Shown here piece by piece: positions 8,475 to 17,676 of a stretch of DNA of 64,000 bases. The position numbers and the translations under genes are program-made. How positions within the stretch are numbered: the first letter of the stretch is position 1; each line of letters opens with the position of its first letter. Below the pieces are notes generated by a model. It was given only the letters and a program-made list of their open reading frames with translations, was not told the origin of the DNA and made no database searches. The DNA is from Verrucomicrobiota bacterium (lineage in GTDB: Bacteria; Chlamydiota; Chlamydiia; Chlamydiales; SM23-39). The DNA lies in assembly GCA_018239895.1 (NCBI GenBank), contig JAFEGL010000045.1, positions 72,656-136,655 of the forward strand. Reading direction: 5' to 3'.

Positions 8475-8855
8475 ATGACTGACTGTATTTTTTGCCAGAT
8501 GGCCAAAGAGAAGAACCTCTTATTGGCCGAGTTCAAGCATTGCTTTGTCATCAAGGACCAATACCCTGTCTCGCCGGGTCATTTGTTGATCATTCCCTAT
8601 CAACATACCGAGAACTGGTTTACCTCTTCTTCCGAAGTCAAGGCTGAAATCAATCTCATTCTTGAGAAGATGAAAAAGCTCTTGGATGATGGATACCATC
8701 CAGATGGATACAACATCGGGATGAACTGCGGACCCGCTGCGGGCCAAACAGTGATGCATCTCCATGTTCATCTCATTCCCCGTTATCGTGGAGATATGAG
8801 CGATCCGAGAGGCGGGATCAGAGGAGTCATTCCAACCAAACAAAAGTATGAGTAG
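8475..8855 (+). CDS. HIT-family nucleotide hydrolase/transferase
   Basis: 126 aa with N-terminal CIFC and the histidine triad HLHVHLIPR. Confidence 0.85.
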   Translation: MTDCIFCQMAKEKNLLLAEFKHCFVIKDQYPVSPGHLLIIPYQHTENWFTSSSEVKAEINLILEKMKKLLDDGYHPDGYNIGMNCGPAAGQTVMHLHVHLIPRYRGDMSDPRGGIRGVIPTKQKYE

Positions 8856-9033
8856 AGTGCTTCTTAAAATCTGTCGATCAGTAACAGTTTTGTCACTATT
8901 TAGGGATTATTTCGGCCAAACTCCGACTCTGAATTTGGCCGAGGCAAATTGAGAATCGACTGAAACTTTTTCATGAGATAAGGTCAATATTTGAAGCCGC
9001 ATTTTTAGAGTTTGATTTTTGTTCGGGAGGTTC

Positions 9034-10461
9034 ATGAGTAAGGTTTTCGTTACAGGTTCTACCGGGTTCATTGGGAAAAGGCTTATTGGCCAGTTGTTAG
9101 AACAGGGGCATACTGTTTATGCTCTTTGCAGGATCCATGGGACGAAAGTTGGATCTTTGTCGGACCCGAACCTGCACATAATCTACGGAGATTTGGAAGA
9201 ACCAGAAAAAATGGATCCTCTCCCTTTTGAAATAGACGCTGCCTACTATCTCGTCCATTCTATGGCAAAAAAAATCAAAGACCTAAAACAGAAAGAGAAG
9301 GAAGTGGCTCGCTCTTTTGTCGGTTTAATCGATCGGACTCAATGTCGGCAAATCATCTATTTGGGGGGGATCATCGAACCAAATGTGGAATTGTCTCCCC
9401 ACCTCCTTTCGAGGCAAGCGGTAGAGGAAATATTGAAGAGTGCAAAAGCTGCAACAACCGTCTTGCGTACGAGCATCATCATAGGCTCCGGCAGCGCTTC
9501 ATTTGAGATCATTCGAGATCTTGTAGAAAAATTGCCTGCAATGGTTGGTCCCAAATGGGTTAAAAGTCTTTGTCAGCCGATTGGCATTACAGATGTCCTC
9601 TACTACTTGAAAAGCGCCCTGTTGAATCCTTTGCTCTACAATCAAACTTTTGATATCGGCGGGCCTGAAGTAATGTCGTTTAAAGAAGCTCTTCTGAGAT
9701 ATGCAAAATTTCGAGGTTTAAAAAGGTTTATTTTGGAAGTCCCTTTTTTAACGCCGAAACTATCTAGCTACTGGCTTGTATTTGTAACATCTGTCCGGTT
9801 TTCGCTTTGCTCCTATCTTGTCGAAAGCATGAAATGCAATAGCGTTTGTATAAATAGAAAAATTCAGGAGCTATTACCTCATGAATGCTCTACCTACGAA
9901 CAGGCTCTAGAGCGGGCATTTCTTAAAATCTCCAGAGATGAGGTTGAATCTACTTGGATGGACGCTTGGCTGATCGATCAAAAAAGTCCAGATATTGCTA
10001 GATTCTCTCGAATCCCGTCAGAAGGTTGTTTTAGAGAGGTTAAAAAAGCTCCGATCATCGATTCGAAAAAGGAGGCTATTCAAAGAATTTGGTCTCTTGG
10101 AGGAGACCATGGTTGGTATGGTCTCGATTGGGCCTGGAAAATCCGGGGATTCATCGATAAGTTGTTTCACGGTCCTGGATTGAACCGAGGGAGAAGGCAT
10201 CCTTCTGAATTGGAAGTGGGAGATCCGGTCGATTTTTGGCGCGTTGTAAAAGCTGATAAAACACTTGGGCACCTGATTCTTTATGCTGAAATGAATTTAC
10301 CAGGTGAAGCTTGGTTAGAATTTCAAATTGACGATAAGACTCTTTTTCAGATTGTGGTTTTCCGTCCAAAAGGTCTTCTTGGAAGACTTTACTGGTATGC
10401 AATGCTCCCTTTCCATTTTTTTATTTTCCGTAAAATGATTCAAGGACTTGCGAGGGGATGA
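9034..10461 (+). CDS. NAD(P)-binding SDR/epimerase-family protein with a C-terminal DUF2867-like domain
   Basis: Rossmann motif VFVTGSTGFIGKRL. GGGAGG lies 4 nt upstream of the ATG at 9034. The long C-terminal extension is typical of the SDR+DUF2867 architecture (from memory). Confidence 0.75.
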   Translation: MSKVFVTGSTGFIGKRLIGQLLEQGHTVYALCRIHGTKVGSLSDPNLHIIYGDLEEPEKMDPLPFEIDAAYYLVHSMAKKIKDLKQKEKEVARSFVGLIDRTQCRQIIYLGGIIEPNVELSPHLLSRQAVEEILKSAKAATTVLRTSIIIGSGSASFEIIRDLVEKLPAMVGPKWVKSLCQPIGITDVLYYLKSALLNPLLYNQTFDIGGPEVMSFKEALLRYAKFRGLKRFILEVPFLTPKLSSYWLVFVTSVRFSLCSYLVESMKCNSVCINRKIQELLPHECSTYEQALERAFLKISRDEVESTWMDAWLIDQKSPDIARFSRIPSEGCFREVKKAPIIDSKKEAIQRIWSLGGDHGWYGLDWAWKIRGFIDKLFHGPGLNRGRRHPSELEVGDPVDFWRVVKADKTLGHLILYAEMNLPGEAWLEFQIDDKTLFQIVVFRPKGLLGRLYWYAMLPFHFFIFRKMIQGLARG

Positions 10462-10485
10462 TTTTCGAATGGTCCTGAGATAGGT

Positions 10486-11283
10486 TTAACTTCCCTTTTG
10501 TTTGAGGTAGGCCTCGGCTAGTCTATGGACTGTGATGTATTGGACGGGAGAGTAGACGGAGAAAATTCTCTGCAAAGAGAGCCGGTAGACGATCTCTTCA
10601 ATGCTGAAAGGCTGGCCCCGATCGATCGCATCGATCGCTGCCATGCTGGCGAGGAAAGTTCCGGTCCGGCCAACCCCTGCGCTGCAATGGACGAGCAGTA
10701 GTCCCGTTTGCAGATCTTCTTTGATCTGGAGTGCGACCTTGAGAAGTTCGGAGGGGTCGATTCCGTGGTGGTCTTTCCAGAAATCGAGATGGAATAGTCT
10801 TACGGAGTGGCCGGGAAGATCCAAGTACGTTTTGCCTTCAGATTCTTTTACGAGACCATCCCAGTATGGGGCGCATTTGGGGATCCACCCTTCGTAGGCT
10901 CCGGTTAGCCGGACAAGGTGGGTCACGTTTTGAGATGATAGGAGTTCAAAAAATTTAGGAATGTCCTTTGAACGGGGCCCTTCGGCCGCGATGTAGTATC
11001 TGTCCCCGATGTAGATCGTGCTGCAGTTGTAATAGGGGACCGTGTTGTTGTAATTAAACGCGATGGCATCGGCGGCCCGGATCAGATCGTTGTCGATTAA
11101 GTGTTGAGCAATTTCGTAGTCCGGTTTTTTCCACACGGCGTAGCGGATCTGGTCAATCTTTTCGTGCTCGGTTCTCAGTTCCTCATCGGATTTTCCGGGA
11201 CGGAACGGGGAGAAGCTTCTCTGGGTTTGGAATGTTTCCCACCTTTTCTCAATTTCGATTCTGACTACGGGTACGTCCTGCAT
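10486..11283 (-). CDS. classical (eukaryote-like) protein tyrosine phosphatase
   Basis: P-loop VHCSAGVGRTG, YIAAEGP, KCAPYW, a WPD-loop equivalent FWKDHHG and a Q-loop LQRIF..PVQY. No signal peptide. Confidence 0.85.
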   Translation of the reverse strand: MQDVPVVRIEIEKRWETFQTQRSFSPFRPGKSDEELRTEHEKIDQIRYAVWKKPDYEIAQHLIDNDLIRAADAIAFNYNNTVPYYNCSTIYIGDRYYIAAEGPRSKDIPKFFELLSSQNVTHLVRLTGAYEGWIPKCAPYWDGLVKESEGKTYLDLPGHSVRLFHLDFWKDHHGIDPSELLKVALQIKEDLQTGLLLVHCSAGVGRTGTFLASMAAIDAIDRGQPFSIEEIVYRLSLQRIFSVYSPVQYITVHRLAEAYLKQKGS

Positions 11284-11357
11284 AGGACGAGACTATAACA
11301 TTTCTAGAAAAAAATATGCAAGGGAGCTAAGATAAGTGGCTTAAAATTGGAGATCGG

Positions 11358-12566
11358 ATGAAACGGATCGGAATGTTTCTACTATGCTGCGCCACATGTT
11401 TGGAGGCCTCTTCTTGGACTTTGGATCGGGCTGTTTTGGAAGAGCGGCTCCCTCCAGGAGTTACAACAGAGGAGTTGCTCCGCGTATTGAAGTTAGAAGG
11501 GATCGATGTCTCTTTGAGAGATTCTCCCGACACTCTGCTTTGGAAAGGAGATCGGACTTCGATCTCGCTCGCTCGGACTCCATTTAGCCCTTATCATCTT
11601 TGGGTTGAAGTCGAGGGGAGAAAGACGTTAGACGAGTGCACGGCTGAAGAGTTAGGCGACCTTTACGAGGCGATTTGGAAGGGGCGCAAGGCTCTGGGCG
11701 AAGCGACTGGAGCGGATGGGTTCATGATCTTGGCCACCGAGCAGAAGCGGAATGGAAAAAACCGATCTGCGGCTGGATTCGAGATCATCCCGGCTGGTTT
11801 TGGCGGCACCGACGGGGTGATGGACGCTGTAGAGAAGAACGCTTTGAATGAGTATCTCTTGTACAACCGGTTTCCTAATCGAACCGTAGAACAATCTCCT
11901 GAGGTGATTGCCGCTTTGCGAGAGAGGCTGCGAACCCTGGAGTATGTGTTGGAGAGGGAAGATACTCAGCCTTGCTGGACCCAAAAGTTCACCCACCACG
12001 AAGAGGCGCTGCATCAAAGTCTAGAGGTTCTCTACGATTCCCTGGTTCAATTGGGAGCCCTTGTGGAAGGGGAGATGCCCTCCATGGTGACTCCTGCCGA
12101 AAGGATCCATGAGATTCAGATCAACCTCGACTGCTGCGCCCTTTGCAACCCCAAAGTCATTCAGAAGCAGCTGGTCTCCGATTGGAAAGGGGTCGAAATT
12201 CTCATGAACCATAAGCCTGTCAGCCCGTATCGGGACTTTTTGATTATCCCGAAAAGGCATCAGTGCGTTTGGGATTTATCGAGAGAAGAGGCGATTGCAA
12301 CCCTGGAGGCGATTGTCGCTTTTAAGAAAATGTACATCAAGACAGTCGGCTCGAACGAGTGGATTTGCTACATCCAAGATGGGAGATCGGTCGGTCAAAC
12401 GGTGCCCCATGCCAACGTCCACTTCTTCATCATTCCAGACCGTTTGGTGACGGCCATTTCCGGCCTTCAGCACATCCACAACCAGCGGCCAGTCCTCTCC
12501 TATGAGGAGATGAGAGCCGACTGCGATAGGCTCAAGCCGCTTCTCTTGGAGGAACTCGGCCGTTGA
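11358..12566 (+). CDS. signal-peptide-bearing tandem HIT-domain protein (N-terminal half degenerate, C-terminal half with an intact His triad)
   Basis: N-terminus MKRIGMFLLCCATCLEASSW. The C-terminal half has CALC...PYRDFLIIPKRH...HANVHFFIIP. The N-terminal half has PYHLWVEV...AAGFEIIPAG at the equivalent positions, so the triad is lost there. Confidence 0.75.
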   Translation: MKRIGMFLLCCATCLEASSWTLDRAVLEERLPPGVTTEELLRVLKLEGIDVSLRDSPDTLLWKGDRTSISLARTPFSPYHLWVEVEGRKTLDECTAEELGDLYEAIWKGRKALGEATGADGFMILATEQKRNGKNRSAAGFEIIPAGFGGTDGVMDAVEKNALNEYLLYNRFPNRTVEQSPEVIAALRERLRTLEYVLEREDTQPCWTQKFTHHEEALHQSLEVLYDSLVQLGALVEGEMPSMVTPAERIHEIQINLDCCALCNPKVIQKQLVSDWKGVEILMNHKPVSPYRDFLIIPKRHQCVWDLSREEAIATLEAIVAFKKMYIKTVGSNEWICYIQDGRSVGQTVPHANVHFFIIPDRLVTAISGLQHIHNQRPVLSYEEMRADCDRLKPLLLEELGR

Positions 12567-12612
12567 TTTAATTTCTCATCCCCGATATTTCGGGGGGGAC
12601 GGGAGATTTTAT

Positions 12613-13671
12613 ATGAAGACACATGGATATGGAGCTTTAAACGCCGATTCCCCTTTAAAACCGTTTTCGTTCGAGCGCCGATCGGTGGGCCCCCATGATG
12701 TTCATATCGAGATCCTCTACTGCGGGATTTGCCACTCGGACATCCACACAGCCCGCAATGAATGGCACGACACCATTTATCCGGCCGTTCTCGGTCACGA
12801 AATTCTCGGTGTGGTGAAACAGGTCGGCCGCGAAGTAAAGCGATTCCACCCGGGCGATCATGTCATGGTCGGCTGCCTGGTCGACTCGTGCAGAACCTGT
12901 CCAAGCTGCAAACAGGGCTTGGAACAATACTGCGAGGGTGGTTTTACCCTGACTTACAATAGCCCCGATCCGCATATGAAAGGGAAACCGACGTACGGGG
13001 GATATTCGAAGCAGATCGTCGTCGATGAAAAGTTCACGTTCCAAGTGCCGAAAAAATTTAAGAAGGAGCAGTTTGCTTCTTTAGCTCCCCTCGTTTGTGC
13101 GGGGATCACCACCTACTCTCCGTTGCGCCACTGGAAGGTGGGCAAGGGGAGCCGAGTGGGGATTGTCGGTCTCGGCGGGCTAGGCCATATGGCGATCAAG
13201 TTGGCCCATGCGATGGGAGCCGAAGTCACCCTTCTCACCACTTCGCCTGGGAAAATGAAAGATGGGAAAAAACTCGGCGCCGACCATGCTGTCTTATCGA
13301 CAGAGCAGGGGGCGATGGAAAAGCTGGGCGGCACATTTGATTTTATCCTCAACACGGTAGCCGCATCCCACAACCTCGAACCTTTTTTTCAATTACTCAA
13401 ACGGGATGGGACGATGTGCCTTGTGGGTCTCCCCGATGTTCCCCACCCTCCGTTGCCCGTATGGGAGTTGACTCTCAAGCGGAGACAGCTATCTGGCTCC
13501 TTCATTGGCGGGATTGCGGAGACTCAAGAGATGCTCAATTTCTGCGCTGAGCACAATGTCACCTCCGACATCGAACTGGTCTCGATCGATCAGATCAATG
13601 AGGCCTATGAGCGGATGTTGAAAAATGACGTTAAATACCGCTTCGTGATCGATATGTCATCTCTCAATTAG
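12613..13671 (+). CDS. zinc-dependent NAD(P) alcohol dehydrogenase (cinnamyl-alcohol dehydrogenase/YahK-like)
   Basis: GICHSDIH, GHEILGVV, the structural-zinc Cys cluster CRTCPSCKQGLEQYC, and GLGGLGHMAIK. Confidence 0.85.
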   Translation: MKTHGYGALNADSPLKPFSFERRSVGPHDVHIEILYCGICHSDIHTARNEWHDTIYPAVLGHEILGVVKQVGREVKRFHPGDHVMVGCLVDSCRTCPSCKQGLEQYCEGGFTLTYNSPDPHMKGKPTYGGYSKQIVVDEKFTFQVPKKFKKEQFASLAPLVCAGITTYSPLRHWKVGKGSRVGIVGLGGLGHMAIKLAHAMGAEVTLLTTSPGKMKDGKKLGADHAVLSTEQGAMEKLGGTFDFILNTVAASHNLEPFFQLLKRDGTMCLVGLPDVPHPPLPVWELTLKRRQLSGSFIGGIAETQEMLNFCAEHNVTSDIELVSIDQINEAYERMLKNDVKYRFVIDMSSLN

Positions 13672-14797
13672 GGCGCCAAGCTTTTTGGAGCGCCTCTAAA
13701 CCTTTGACGATGTCCTCTTCGCTTTCGGTGAAGGCGAAGCGGGCGTAGCCCTCGGTCCCAAATCCGATGCCGGGGACGGCGGCCACGCGGGCCTCGTCGA
13801 GGAGCTTTTCGCAGGTTTTGATCGAATCGGCGCCGATCTTGGAGAAGAAATAGAGAGCGGCGGGAGCCGGCTTGATGTGGGTCGAAAAGAGCCGGTTGAA
13901 GGTCGAGTAGAAAAGGGTGCGGCGGTGGCCCATCGCTTTTCTGACATAACCTGAAACTTCATCGGCGTGGAGGAGCGCCCCGACGGCCGCTTTTTGGCTT
14001 GTAAAAGAAGTTCCTGTGGTGCTCTGGCTTTGGAGCGCGCTGATGTTGGAGATCACGGGCGCAGGGGCAAAGGCGAAACCGACGCGCCAGCCAGCCATGG
14101 CGAAATTTTTAGAGCAGCTCTCGATGACGACAACTCGGGAGCGGTGTTCGGGAAACGAGGCGCACGAGACGAATTCGCCCCCATCGAAAGTCAGTTCGCT
14201 GTAGACTTCGTCGGAGATGATGGTCAAGTTGGCCTCAGCAGCGACGTCGAGGATGGCGCCGAGCTCTTCGCGAGTGTACAAGATGCCGGTCGGGTTGCCT
14301 GCGTTGTTGAGCAGGAGGACTCGGGTCTTTGGAGTGATGTGAGCTTTGAGGAGGCTCGGAGTTAATTTCCATCCCCCTTCGAAAGTCGTCGGGACGATCA
14401 CGGGGATGCCCGAGGCGATCCGGACCATTTCAGGATAGGAGACCCAGTAGGGAGCGGGAACGAGGGCCTCTTCGCCCTGTTCGATGAAGAGCTGAAGCGC
14501 TGCGTAGATTCCGAATTTCCCCCCGCAGGTCACGATCGTCTGCTCGACGGTGTACTGCGATTGGTAGCGGCGGTTCATCCACTCGGCAGCTAACTTTCTC
14601 AAGTCCATGATCCCTGAAATCGGCGCGTAGGGGCACATCTTCTCTTTGAGCACCTGGGCCGCCGCATCGAGGATAGCCGGGTGATTTGGGAGGATCGGGT
14701 CTCCGACTCCAAAATTGTAAACTTTAATCCCTTCTTTCGAAAGGAGATGGGCTTTTGCGCTGATCGCGACGGTGGGAGAGGGCTTTAATTGCTTCAT
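13664..14797 (-). CDS. class I/II PLP aminotransferase (aspartate/prephenate/aromatic type), last gene of the aromatic operon
   Basis: SCSKNFAMAGWRVG (PLP-lysine motif) and NNAGNPTG. A 4-nt overlap with the tyrA stop implies translational coupling. Confidence 0.8.
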   Translation of the reverse strand: MKQLKPSPTVAISAKAHLLSKEGIKVYNFGVGDPILPNHPAILDAAAQVLKEKMCPYAPISGIMDLRKLAAEWMNRRYQSQYTVEQTIVTCGGKFGIYAALQLFIEQGEEALVPAPYWVSYPEMVRIASGIPVIVPTTFEGGWKLTPSLLKAHITPKTRVLLLNNAGNPTGILYTREELGAILDVAAEANLTIISDEVYSELTFDGGEFVSCASFPEHRSRVVVIESCSKNFAMAGWRVGFAFAPAPVISNISALQSQSTTGTSFTSQKAAVGALLHADEVSGYVRKAMGHRRTLFYSTFNRLFSTHIKPAPAALYFFSKIGADSIKTCEKLLDEARVAAVPGIGFGTEGYARFAFTESEEDIVKGLEALQKAWRPN

Positions 14798-15486
14798 ATT
14801 TGGTTCAAAAACTCGATGAATTTCTTCAAGGATACCTCGATGTTGTCTCCATTGTAAACTTTTATTTCTGCATGGAGGGCGGGATTATCCTTGGCGAGGC
14901 GGGTCATCGATTTGAATCCGGGGCCGGCAATCTCGAGACTTTTAGGATCTTCGTGGGTGACGAACTCAAGAAGAGCTTTTGAGAGGAGATAGGGCATGTG
15001 GGAGATCAGAGCCACTTGCTGGTCATGTGTCTTTGCATCGAGCCGTTTCGGATGAGCGCCCAGTAGAGTGGCGATCTCTTCGACCGCTTTTAAAGCTTTT
15101 TCGGTGTTTTTTTTGTGAGGAGTCACAACCCAAGTTGCCCCCTGAAAAAGGGAGGCTTCGCTGTTAGCGAAGCCGCTCATCTCCTTGCCAGCCATCGGAT
15201 GGGTGGCGACAAACTCTAAGTTGCCTTGGGTCCACTCTTCAAACCGTTCGGCAATTACCTCTTTTACGCTCCCGACATCGAAAACGACCAGAGGGTGCTT
15301 TGTTTTGATTTTCGCGCCAATTTCTAAAATTGCCGAAATGGGGACTGCGAGGATGAGGGCATCGATCTCGTCGAGTCTGTCAAGAATGTCATCGCCGTCG
15401 ATGACCTCTTTTTTCCCTTCCAGCCCTTTCAGGATCGATCCTCCGATAAGGCCCAGGCCGAGAATGCCGATTTTACGAAAGGACAT
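14794..15486 (-). CDS. tyrA: prephenate/arogenate dehydrogenase
   Basis: The start is chosen at MSFRKIGILGLGLIGGS (Rossmann motif at the N-terminus). The HPMAG motif is present. Sits within the pheA-tyrA-aminotransferase operon. Confidence 0.8.
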   Translation of the reverse strand: MSFRKIGILGLGLIGGSILKGLEGKKEVIDGDDILDRLDEIDALILAVPISAILEIGAKIKTKHPLVVFDVGSVKEVIAERFEEWTQGNLEFVATHPMAGKEMSGFANSEASLFQGATWVVTPHKKNTEKALKAVEEIATLLGAHPKRLDAKTHDQQVALISHMPYLLSKALLEFVTHEDPKSLEIAGPGFKSMTRLAKDNPALHAEIKVYNGDNIEVSLKKFIEFLNQI

Positions 15487-16234
15487 CGTACTTTCCAAAA
15501 ACTTTAAGCGAGTTTGTCTTCTTCTGCAGCTCTTCGAGAGCCGCGCCATCGATCGATTCAAGATCGACGTAAAACATATATTCAAACGGTTTCCCGATGA
15601 TAGGCCTCGATACGATATAGGTCAAATTGGCTCCAGCAAGGTGGGTCAATACATCGGCCAAACTTCCGGGGCGGTGGTCCAGTGTAAAGCAGAGAGAGGC
15701 TTTTTTCCCCTCGACAGCTCTTTTGCCGATGAGAAAAAAACGGGTATAATTCTCCTCATGGTCTTGGATGTTTTGGGCGAGAATTTCCAACCCGTAGATT
15801 TTTGCCGCAGAGCTGTGGGCAATCGCCGCTGTGGAAAGATCTTTCAAATTGGCTGCAGCTCCCGCCGTGTCGAAGTAGGAAATCGCCTCAAGATGGGGAT
15901 TTTCCGCCAAAAAGCGGGTGCATTGCATCAGCGCTTTCGGATGGGACTTTACTCTCTGCGGCTCTGCGCCAGGCAGGGCCATGAGGCTATGTTCGATCTT
16001 TGTCTGGGTCATGCCGACAATTTTCAAATCTCCCTGGTTCAAAAGATCGATCGTCTCGTAAATTGTCCCTGCGAGGGTATTTTCAATTGGCATCAGAGCG
16101 AAGTCGGCCTCTCCCTTCTCTACCGCTTCATAGACGGCCTGGAAGGTGGGAAGTCCCAGCAATTGAGAGGAGAACCGTTTCGCTGTGAGGTGGCTGAAAG
16201 ACCCTTCGATCCCTTGGTAGGCGATCCGGTTCAT
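15473..16234 (-). CDS. pheA: prephenate dehydratase with a C-terminal ACT domain
   Basis: MNRIAYQGIEGSFSH N-terminus, TRFFLIG, and the ACT region SLCFTLDHRPGSLADVL...TYIVSRP. Confidence 0.85.
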   Translation of the reverse strand: MNRIAYQGIEGSFSHLTAKRFSSQLLGLPTFQAVYEAVEKGEADFALMPIENTLAGTIYETIDLLNQGDLKIVGMTQTKIEHSLMALPGAEPQRVKSHPKALMQCTRFLAENPHLEAISYFDTAGAAANLKDLSTAAIAHSSAAKIYGLEILAQNIQDHEENYTRFFLIGKRAVEGKKASLCFTLDHRPGSLADVLTHLAGANLTYIVSRPIIGKPFEYMFYVDLESIDGAALEELQKKTNSLKVFGKYDVLS

Positions 16235-16497
16235 TCGACCGCCTCCATCTCGATGCGGGTATATTCGAGCAAGAGCTGGAAGATCTCTTCGACGATCGGC
16301 GCGCTGAGGTTCTGCTCTTTTGCTAACCGCCGGATCTCTTCATGGATCAACGCCTCCCGCTCAGCATCCAAAATCGGCAATTTCCGATCTTTCTTGATTC
16401 GGGCGATCTCTCGAGCTACTTTGAGCCGCTCTCCCAAAAGATGGACAATCTCCCGGTTGATTTTGTCGATCTTGGTTCGCAAAACTTCTAAAGTCAT
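16231..16497 (-). CDS. chorismate mutase (AroQ class, monofunctional)
   Basis: 88 aa with LRTKIDKINREIVHLLGERLKVAREIARIKK. 4-nt overlaps with both neighbours. Confidence 0.8.
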   Translation of the reverse strand: MTLEVLRTKIDKINREIVHLLGERLKVAREIARIKKDRKLPILDAEREALIHEEIRRLAKEQNLSAPIVEEIFQLLLEYTRIEMEAVE

Positions 16498-17507
16498 AAA
16501 GATCTCCCAATGGCTTCTGCGACTTTTCTCAAGTCGGGAACAAAATTTGTGAAATCTTGGGGCAGCAACGACTGCTTTCCGTCCGATTTCGCATTTTTCG
16601 GATCGTTGTGCACTTCAATCAAGAGTCCGTCGGCTCCCGCAGCGATCGCAGCTTTTGAAAGGGCGGGGATGAGATCCGTTCTTCCGGCGGCGTGGCTCGG
16701 GTCGACGATGACCGGCAAGTGGGTGAGCTGCTTGACGACCGGGATGCTGCTCAAATCGAGCGTATTCCGGGTCGATGTCTCGTAGGTCCGGATGCCCCGT
16801 TCGCACAAGATCACGTCGGGATTTCCGTGAGCCATGATGTATTCGGCGCTTAAAAGCCACTCTTCGATCGTGGCCGATAGGCCTCTTTTCAAAATAACCG
16901 GCTTGCCCGATTTGCCGACAGCTTTCAATAGATCGAAGTTCTGCATGTTGCGGGCTCCGATCTGGAGGATGTCGACGTGCTGGGCGATCATCTCCACATC
17001 TTGGATGTTCATTACCTCAGTGACAGTGGCCATCTGGTGTTTTTTCTGAGCGCCCGAGTGAAGTTTCAACCCCTCTTCTCCCATCCCTTGGAAGCTGTAA
17101 GGGGAGCTTCGGGGTTTGAAGGCAGAGCCGCGCATGACCGCGACGCCCGCCTTTTTCAATTCGACGGCGATCAAATCGAGCTGTTCTTGGCTTTCGATCG
17201 AGCAGGGGCCCGCCATAAGGACGACCTTGTCGCCTCCGATCTCGACGCCGTTGGCGTGGATCACAGTTTTTTCCGGCTTGGCCGCTAAGCTTGCCAATTT
17301 GAATGGGGTTGAAATGCGGGTCGCTTTCTCTACAGCAGGGAGTTTCCTGAGTTCGAGAGCGATCTCTTCCGAGGGGTTCCCCTCTAAGCCGATGACGGTC
17401 TGCGTCCTATTTTCGCAGATCCTATGACCTAGACGGTGGTGATCCAGCAATTGTTGGACCGAATGAATTTCTGCGGCCGAAGCCGATTTCTTAATTGTAA
17501 TTAACAT
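16494..17507 (-). CDS. aroF: 3-deoxy-7-phosphoheptulonate (DAHP) synthase, type I-beta, with an N-terminal regulatory domain
   Basis: MAGPCSIES, ILKRG, VDPSHA and LLIEVH motifs. An N-terminal extension of about 70 aa resembles the ferredoxin-like regulatory domain of Thermotoga-type enzymes. Confidence 0.85.
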   Translation of the reverse strand: MLITIKKSASAAEIHSVQQLLDHHRLGHRICENRTQTVIGLEGNPSEEIALELRKLPAVEKATRISTPFKLASLAAKPEKTVIHANGVEIGGDKVVLMAGPCSIESQEQLDLIAVELKKAGVAVMRGSAFKPRSSPYSFQGMGEEGLKLHSGAQKKHQMATVTEVMNIQDVEMIAQHVDILQIGARNMQNFDLLKAVGKSGKPVILKRGLSATIEEWLLSAEYIMAHGNPDVILCERGIRTYETSTRNTLDLSSIPVVKQLTHLPVIVDPSHAAGRTDLIPALSKAAIAAGADGLLIEVHNDPKNAKSDGKQSLLPQDFTNFVPDLRKVAEAIGRSL

Positions 17508-17559
17508 ATACCTATTCCTTTTTGGTATTTTGGGGGGAAATTAAAATCTAGTAGGGAAA

Positions 17560-17667
17560 TTAATTGTTTATGGCTGGGGAGCCATAAAAGGAATAGCTAT
17601 AAGAATAGAAACAGCCGGGAGCGACTTGGGAAAAAGAGGAAGATCTGGTCGTTCTTTCGTGTTTCAT
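17560..17667 (-). CDS. candidate leader peptide (35 aa) rich in Phe/Tyr: MKHERTTRSSSFSQVAPGCFYSYSYSFYGSPAINN
   Basis: Read by hand from the minus strand. It is not in the ORF track because it is shorter than 60 aa. It sits between a near-consensus promoter and aroF. 6 of the 9 codons FYSYSYSFY are Phe/Tyr. There is no SD, and the ATG lies only about 10 nt after the -10 box. Confidence 0.35.
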   Translation of the reverse strand: MKHERTTRSSSFSQVAPGCFYSYSYSFYGSPAINN

Positions 17668-17676
17668 ACAGGATAG

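Noticed and set aside
15185-16552. 455-aa ORF on the plus strand
   Set aside because: It lies entirely antisense to the tyrA-pheA-chorismate mutase genes, which have clear motifs. Its composition is Arg/Ser/Phe-rich and low-complexity, typical of a shadow ORF in GC-rich coding DNA.
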